Virus record (IMG/VR): IMGVR_UViG_3300035501_000922
Source: a virus
Taxonomy: Duplodnaviria > Caudoviricetes
Length of the DNA: 64,000 nucleotides
Strand: one strand, 5' to 3'
Positions 58,921 through 64,000 of the stretch are shown piece by piece; the stretch's first letter is position 1; each line of letters begins with the position of its first letter. Made by a program: the position numbers and the translations under genes. Under the pieces are notes generated by a model. It was given only the letters and a program-made list of their open reading frames with translations. It made no database searches and was not told the origin of the DNA.

Positions 58921-61900
58921 ATGATGAAAATCATTAAACGAGATAGTACGGAAGTTGATTTCATTCGTACTAAAATCGAAATTGCTATTTCAAAAGCTAA
59001 TAAAGAGGTGAAGCCTGAACAACAGATTTCATATGAAACTATATGTAATATAGCTAACGATATTGAAAAGACGTGTGCTAAATCTCAGCATGCTCTTAAT
59101 GTTGAAGATATTCAGGATATGGTTGAAACAAAGTTAATGGAAGTTGGAGCTTTTGAAATCTCTAAGAAGTATATCAAATATAGATATGACCATGAGTTAA
59201 GAAGAAAAGCAAATACCACAGATGATAAAATCATGTCTCTTATCGAATGTAATAATGAAGAAATCAAACAAGAAAATTCAAATAAAAATCCAACCATAGT
59301 TTCTGTTCAGAGAGACTATGTTGCTGGTGAGGTAAGTAAAGATTTAACAAGAAGATTTCTACTTGATGAAGATATAATCGCTGCTCATGATGAAGGTATT
59401 ATTCATTTCCATGATATGGATTATTTTCTTGAGAAAATGTCGAATTGCTCTCTTGTTAATCTTTTTGACATGCTATGGAATGGTACTGTAATAAGCGGCA
59501 CAATGATAGATAGACCTCATACATTCTCAACTGCTTGTAATATAGCAACGCAAATCATTGCCCAAGTGGCATCTTCGCAGTTTGGGGGTCAGTCTATAAA
59601 TATGGCTGACTTAGTCAAATTCGTTGATATATCAAGACAGAAAATAAAAGCAGATGTTGAGGACGAACTCCAGATTTCTGGTGGAGACATTTCTCGTTTA
59701 GATGAAATTGTCGAAAAGAGACTTAAAAAAGAAATTGAAAAAGGTGTACAGACAATCCAGTATCAGGTAGTGACCCTGATGACCACTAACGGTTTAATTA
59801 ATAAATTTGGCTGTTATAAAACTGCGTGAACTGTTTTATTCAACAGGTGTGAGTTATAAAACTCGCTAACGGTAGAAGTGATATACATAAATAAGCTTCG
59901 TAAGAGAACCTACGGTCCAGCAATGGATAGCAGGTAATACCGTGCTAAGTTTATCTAAATAATAAATAGATAAAAAAGTGTAGAGACTAAGGCTGATGAA
60001 TGTAAGCCTGTAGGGTGGAGATGAATACCACTCAAAGTGCGTGGCAAATGTTTTTAACATTTGAAGAGATAGTCCATTTGTAATTGAAAAATTACTGGAG
60101 CAATGCAAGCTCCATTTGTAACATTATTTTTATACTTAGGTGCTGTACCTGAAGGACCTGAAAAAGAAGACCTTGCTATGGTTATCGAAGAAGTACTTAA
60201 ACAACGTTACATTGGTACAAAGAATGAAAAAGGTGAGTATGTTACACCAGCATTTCCAAAGCTTATATTTGTTTTGGATGAAGATAACGTATATGATGAT
60301 AGTAAATATCATTATTTATTCGAATTAGCTGCTAAATGTACAGCTAAGCGTATGGTTCCCGATTATATATCTGCTAAGATTATGAAGCAGTTAAAACAGG
60401 GTAACGTATATACGTGTATGGGATGTGTAGATGGAGATTCCATTATTAAATATAAATATAAAGATGAAACGTACTTTGAGTCTTTCTTTAAAGCATGGAA
60501 TAGACTCTCAAAAGATTTTGAAGTAAAACATCAGTATACAGAAGATAATCCTAATGTATATATGGATTTAACTGGTGTTGAAATATATGACACATTAAAA
60601 GGATTCGTTAATACAAAACGAATTATTCGTAATATAAGTAAAGAATGGTTAGAAGTTACATTCAGTAATGGTCAAAAGATAATTTGTACAAAAGACCATC
60701 CATTTGATGTTATTGATAAAGGAAGAACTTTAGCATCTGAATTAACTGTAGATAATTGCTGGGTATATAGTTCATTTCCTACTGATTCGTCATTAAATTG
60801 CCAAGAGGTATGCACAGTATTCGTAACTAATATCAAAGAAGTAGTTAAGTCTGCTTACAGTTATGATGTAACAACTGATTCTGATCATTTTGAAGTAAAT
60901 AGTATTTATAGTCACAACTGTCGTTCATTCTTGACGGTTGAAGACAAGATAAGAAACGAAGATGGGACTCATAAGTTCTACGGACGTTTGACCCTTAAGT
61001 TAAGACGTCCTTAAACCCTGTGAACGCATGAAAAAGCGGTGTGGAGATTTTCTCTGCTAACGGCGAAACCTCTATGAGGTAATACCGTGCCAATTATTGA
61101 ATTCAATAAAGGTGTAACGACTATCGAAAACATAACCTAATTACATAGGTGAAGAAGTGAGTAGAGTAGAATTGATTTTATCACAGTTCGAAGCGCAGGG
61201 CATGTATTAATGAATACATGATGAGATAGTCTATGCATATAGCGATATATGTTTAACATGTTAACCAAGGTGTTGTTACTATTAATTTAGTTGACGTTGC
61301 TTTATCATCTGGAAAAGATGAAAACAAATTCTGGAAAATATTTGAAGAGAGACTTGAATTATGTCATAGAGCATTAAGAGCAAGACATGAAAGACTTCTT
61401 GGAACTCCTTCAGATGTTGCTCCTATTTTCTGGCAGCATGGTGCAATTGCCAGATTGAAGAAAGGTGAAACTATTGATAAACTCTTATATGATGGATATT
61501 CCACATTATCTCTTGGATATGCTGGTTTATATGAGTGTGTATATTATATGACTGGTGTATCTCATACAGAAAAAGATGTTGGTATGCCGTTTGGTTTATC
61601 AGTAATGCAGAAATTAAATGATAAGTGTGCTGAATGGAGAGCTGCTGAAAATATTGCATATTCAGTTTATGGTACTCCCCTTGAAAGTACTACATATAAA
61701 TTTGCTAAATGTCTGCAGAAGAGATTTGGTATTATTGAAAATGTAACTGACCATAATTACATTACGAATTCATATCATTGCTCAGTTAGAGAAGAAATCA
61801 ATGCATTTGATAAGCTTACATTTGAGTCTGAATTCCAGAAGTTATCACCAGGTGGAGCTATTAGTTATGTAGAAGCTCCTAATCTTGAAGATAACTTAGA

Positions 61901-62507
61901 TGCAGTTATGGAGATTCTTAAGCATATATATGATACCATTATGTATGCTGAAATTAATATAAAGAGTGACTATTGTCACGTTTGTGGTTCTACTCAAGAA
62001 ATTAAAATAGTCGAAGATGAATCCGGTAAACTCATTTGGGAATGTCCTAATTGTGGAAACAGAGACCAGAATAAAATGAATGTCGCTAGACGTACATGTG
62101 GGTTAATTTAATATAGCTCACGTTAAATTGCTTAAATTGCGGGAAAGTCCCCATAATACTAATTGGCTACAACGTAATCTGAAAAGATAAGCGTGAATGC
62201 GGTATAAGTTTAAAACTTTAGAAACCTTAAAAACAAATTAGCGTAGGGATAACCGAGGGTGCAAGTCCCTCAGACGCAGCAAAACTCCTTAACAGGTTAT
62301 GCTGATGGAGGATGTTCAACGACTATAATAGCAATTAATTATTTATAAATAATTAAAATGTATAGTCTACTCCCCTAAGTAAATATCGGGAAACCGAGGG
62401 TATTAAAGGATATTGGAAGTAATTTCTGGAATCAGGGAAGAACTGAAGAAATTAAAGACAGGTACGTTCATTGCGATAATCATGACTTTGACCTTGAGTC
62501 TATTTGA
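58921..62507 (+). CDS. nrdD: anaerobic (class III) ribonucleotide reductase; 4 exons plus an intein
   Basis: ATP cone; exons 58921-59793, 60106-60988, 61261-62103 and 62410-62507 restore TNG|QAPF, GR|FNQGVVTINL and RRTCG|YIG; also YITNSYH and a CxxC..CxxC zinc site. Confidence 0.95.
59794..60105 (+). mobile_element. group I intron (nrdD intron 1, ORF-less)
   Basis: P1 UAACGGU/GCUGUUA; R GUAGAGACUA; S AAGAGAUAGUCC; terminal G at 60105. Confidence 0.85.
60424..60918 (+). mobile_element. mini-intein (165 aa) in NrdD
   Basis: Starts CVDGDS, block B CTKDHPF, ends YDVTT..DHF...IYSHN before +1 Cys; removal restores CMG|CRSFL; no endonuclease domain. Confidence 0.92.
60989..61260 (+). mobile_element. 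group I intron (nrdD intron 2, ORF-less)
   Basis: P1 GGACGUU/GACGUCC; R GUAACGACUA; S AUGAGAUAGUCU; terminal G at 61260. Confidence 0.88.
62104..62409 (+). mobile_element. group I intron (nrdD intron 3, ORF-less)
   Basis: P1 GUGGGU/GCUCAC; P AAUUGCGGGAAA; R GUUCAACGACUA; S AUGUAUAGUCU; terminal G at 62409. Confidence 0.88.
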
Positions 62508-62521
62508 AAGGATTGTTTTAA

Positions 62522-63076
62522 ATGATAAAATATGCGAAGGTACGTGACCAAGATATATCTAATGGTCCTGGAATAAGAGTTTCCATTTTTTTACAAGGAT
62601 GTAATCATCAGTGTCAAAATTGCTTTAATCCAGAGACGTGGAATCCTAACGGAGGATATTGGTGGTCTATTGAAAAAATGGAGAAAGTTTTAGAGCTTTG
62701 CGGTAATGATAAAATATCCGGTTTATCACTATTAGGAGGAGACCCTTTATTTTATTTTGACAAATCTAATTTACATAATACATTTAACAGAACCATATTA
62801 ATAGATTTAGTCAGAGAGTTTAAACAACAGTATCCGGATAAATCCATATGGCTCTGGACAGGATATACGTGGGAACAGTGTGTTGGTAATGATGGACCAT
62901 TGATTACATCCATGGTATCTTATTTTTTAGAATATATAGATGTTATAGTAGATGGTCTGTTTATTGAAGACTTAAAAGTTCCTAATTTAAAATGGAGAGG
63001 ATCAACAAATCAACGATTTATTGATGTTCAAAATAGCCTACATTATAATAAAATGATTCCTTTCAATGTACAATAA
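62522..63076 (+). CDS. nrdG: anaerobic RNR activating enzyme (radical SAM)
   Basis: NGPGIRVSIFLQGCNHQCQNCFNPETW, LLGGDP, WTGY and WRGSTNQR motifs. Confidence 0.95.
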   Translation: MIKYAKVRDQDISNGPGIRVSIFLQGCNHQCQNCFNPETWNPNGGYWWSIEKMEKVLELCGNDKISGLSLLGGDPLFYFDKSNLHNTFNRTILIDLVREFKQQYPDKSIWLWTGYTWEQCVGNDGPLITSMVSYFLEYIDVIVDGLFIEDLKVPNLKWRGSTNQRFIDVQNSLHYNKMIPFNVQ

Positions 63077-63193
63077 ATACACAGCTATAAATATATGGTT
63101 ATGACTATTTTTGTCATAACCATATATTTTTCACTCTGGTTTGATTCAAAAAACAATCAGATAACCAAATCATATAGAAAGGAATTGATAATC

Positions 63194-64000
63194 ATGAGTA
63201 CTGCATATACGGGTAATAATATCTATATAACAAATAGTTCTCAGTTAACAACTGATATTGGTCATAATGGCGATATTGCATATGTAATAAATACAGTAAC
63301 CAGTAAAGTAATTGGTCAATATCATAAATTAAATGGTGGTTGGGTAAAATCAATTACTTCTAATTTAAATGCAAATGATATATTAGATTTAATAGAGCAA
63401 GTATCCAATAATACTGAAAATATAGAAGATCTAAAAGATAGATTAACCGAAATGGGTTATGATATCGATACCATAAATAATGAAATACTCGAATTAAAAA
63501 ATGCAAGTAATGATAATACAAATGATAGAAGTGCCGGATTAAAAGTTGATGGTGATTCATTTACAATAGGGGAAACAACAACAACAGCTTCGGATGGTGC
63601 TGAAATATTTAATAATTATGAAAAAAATATAGCCACTGGTATGTATTCTCATGCTGAAGGAAGTATCACAACAGCAAGTGGTTATTCATCACATGCTGAG
63701 GGTGCAAGTACTACTGCAAGTGGAGCAAACTCTCATGCAGAAGGTGCAAGTACTACTGCAAGTGAATCAAATGCTCATGCGGAGGGTGCAGGTACTACAG
63801 CAAGTGGTATGAATTCACATGCAGAAGGTGCAGGCTCTACTGCAAGCGGAGTGAATTCCCATGCGGAAGGTTCAGGTACCACTGCTAGTGCGTCGAATTC
63901 ACATGCAGAGGGATATAGTGCTAAAGCATATGGCATGCTTTCTCATGCGGAATGTAATGGTGCTATCACTGGTATTCTAGGTAATACTAATTGGGGTAAC
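63194..64000 (+). CDS. tail fibre/adhesin-like protein with 14-aa SHAEG repeats (partial)
   Basis: Open frame from ATG 63194 to the window end; tandem SHAEGxxTTASGxN repeats (YadA-head-like) at about 63640-63955; AACA-N6-TA promoter at 63152. Confidence 0.7.
   Translation, partial: MSTAYTGNNIYITNSSQLTTDIGHNGDIAYVINTVTSKVIGQYHKLNGGWVKSITSNLNANDILDLIEQVSNNTENIEDLKDRLTEMGYDIDTINNEILELKNASNDNTNDRSAGLKVDGDSFTIGETTTTASDGAEIFNNYEKNIATGMYSHAEGSITTASGYSSHAEGASTTASGANSHAEGASTTASESNAHAEGAGTTASGMNSHAEGAGSTASGVNSHAEGSGTTASASNSHAEGYSAKAYGMLSHAECNGAITGILGNTNWGN

Noticed and set aside
9238-62507. Stop-codon reassignment, programmed frameshifts or pseudogenisation to explain the fragmented core genes
   Set aside because: Every break is accounted for by a group I intron with core elements and an in-frame junction; uninterrupted genes read normally in code 11
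1-64000. tRNA or rRNA genes
   Set aside because: No cloverleaf with a T-loop GTTCRA in the proper context and no rRNA-like segment was recognised by eye; tRNAscan-SE or ARAGORN would be needed to exclude them fully

Overview
AT-rich 64-kb segment of a jumbo phage of the phiKZ/AR9-like lineage. The host is probably an anaerobic Firmicute, inferred from NrdD/NrdG, AGGAGG-type RBSs and BspA-type LRRs. Core genes: three split multisubunit RNA polymerase pieces (beta-N, beta-C, beta'-C), a probable sigma-like specificity subunit, split family-B DNA polymerase, primase, NAD-dependent ligase, RecA/UvsX, SF1 helicase, GroEL-like chaperonin, anaerobic ribonucleotide reductase and several virion genes. 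Six core genes are interrupted by 14 group I introns (4 carry HNH endonucleases), which leave exons as short as 13 nt; NrdD also carries a mini-intein at its catalytic Cys. Accessory regions hold 11 small, signal-peptide-free BspA-type LRR genes with constant caps and variable repeat number. Six of them follow a conserved 37-nt pseudoknot-like repeat, giving a repeat-gene cassette array. Also present: a TerD-domain gene preceded by a ~340-nt structured non-coding transcript with twin UUCCUU-bulged hairpins, two DHH phosphoesterases, a catalytically degenerate PARG-like macrodomain and a PemK-like protein. Two promoter classes are readable directly: TATAYATTAT (18 copies) and (A)ACA-N6-TA (about 13 copies). 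All splice sites and RNA structures were derived by eye and no database searches were run.
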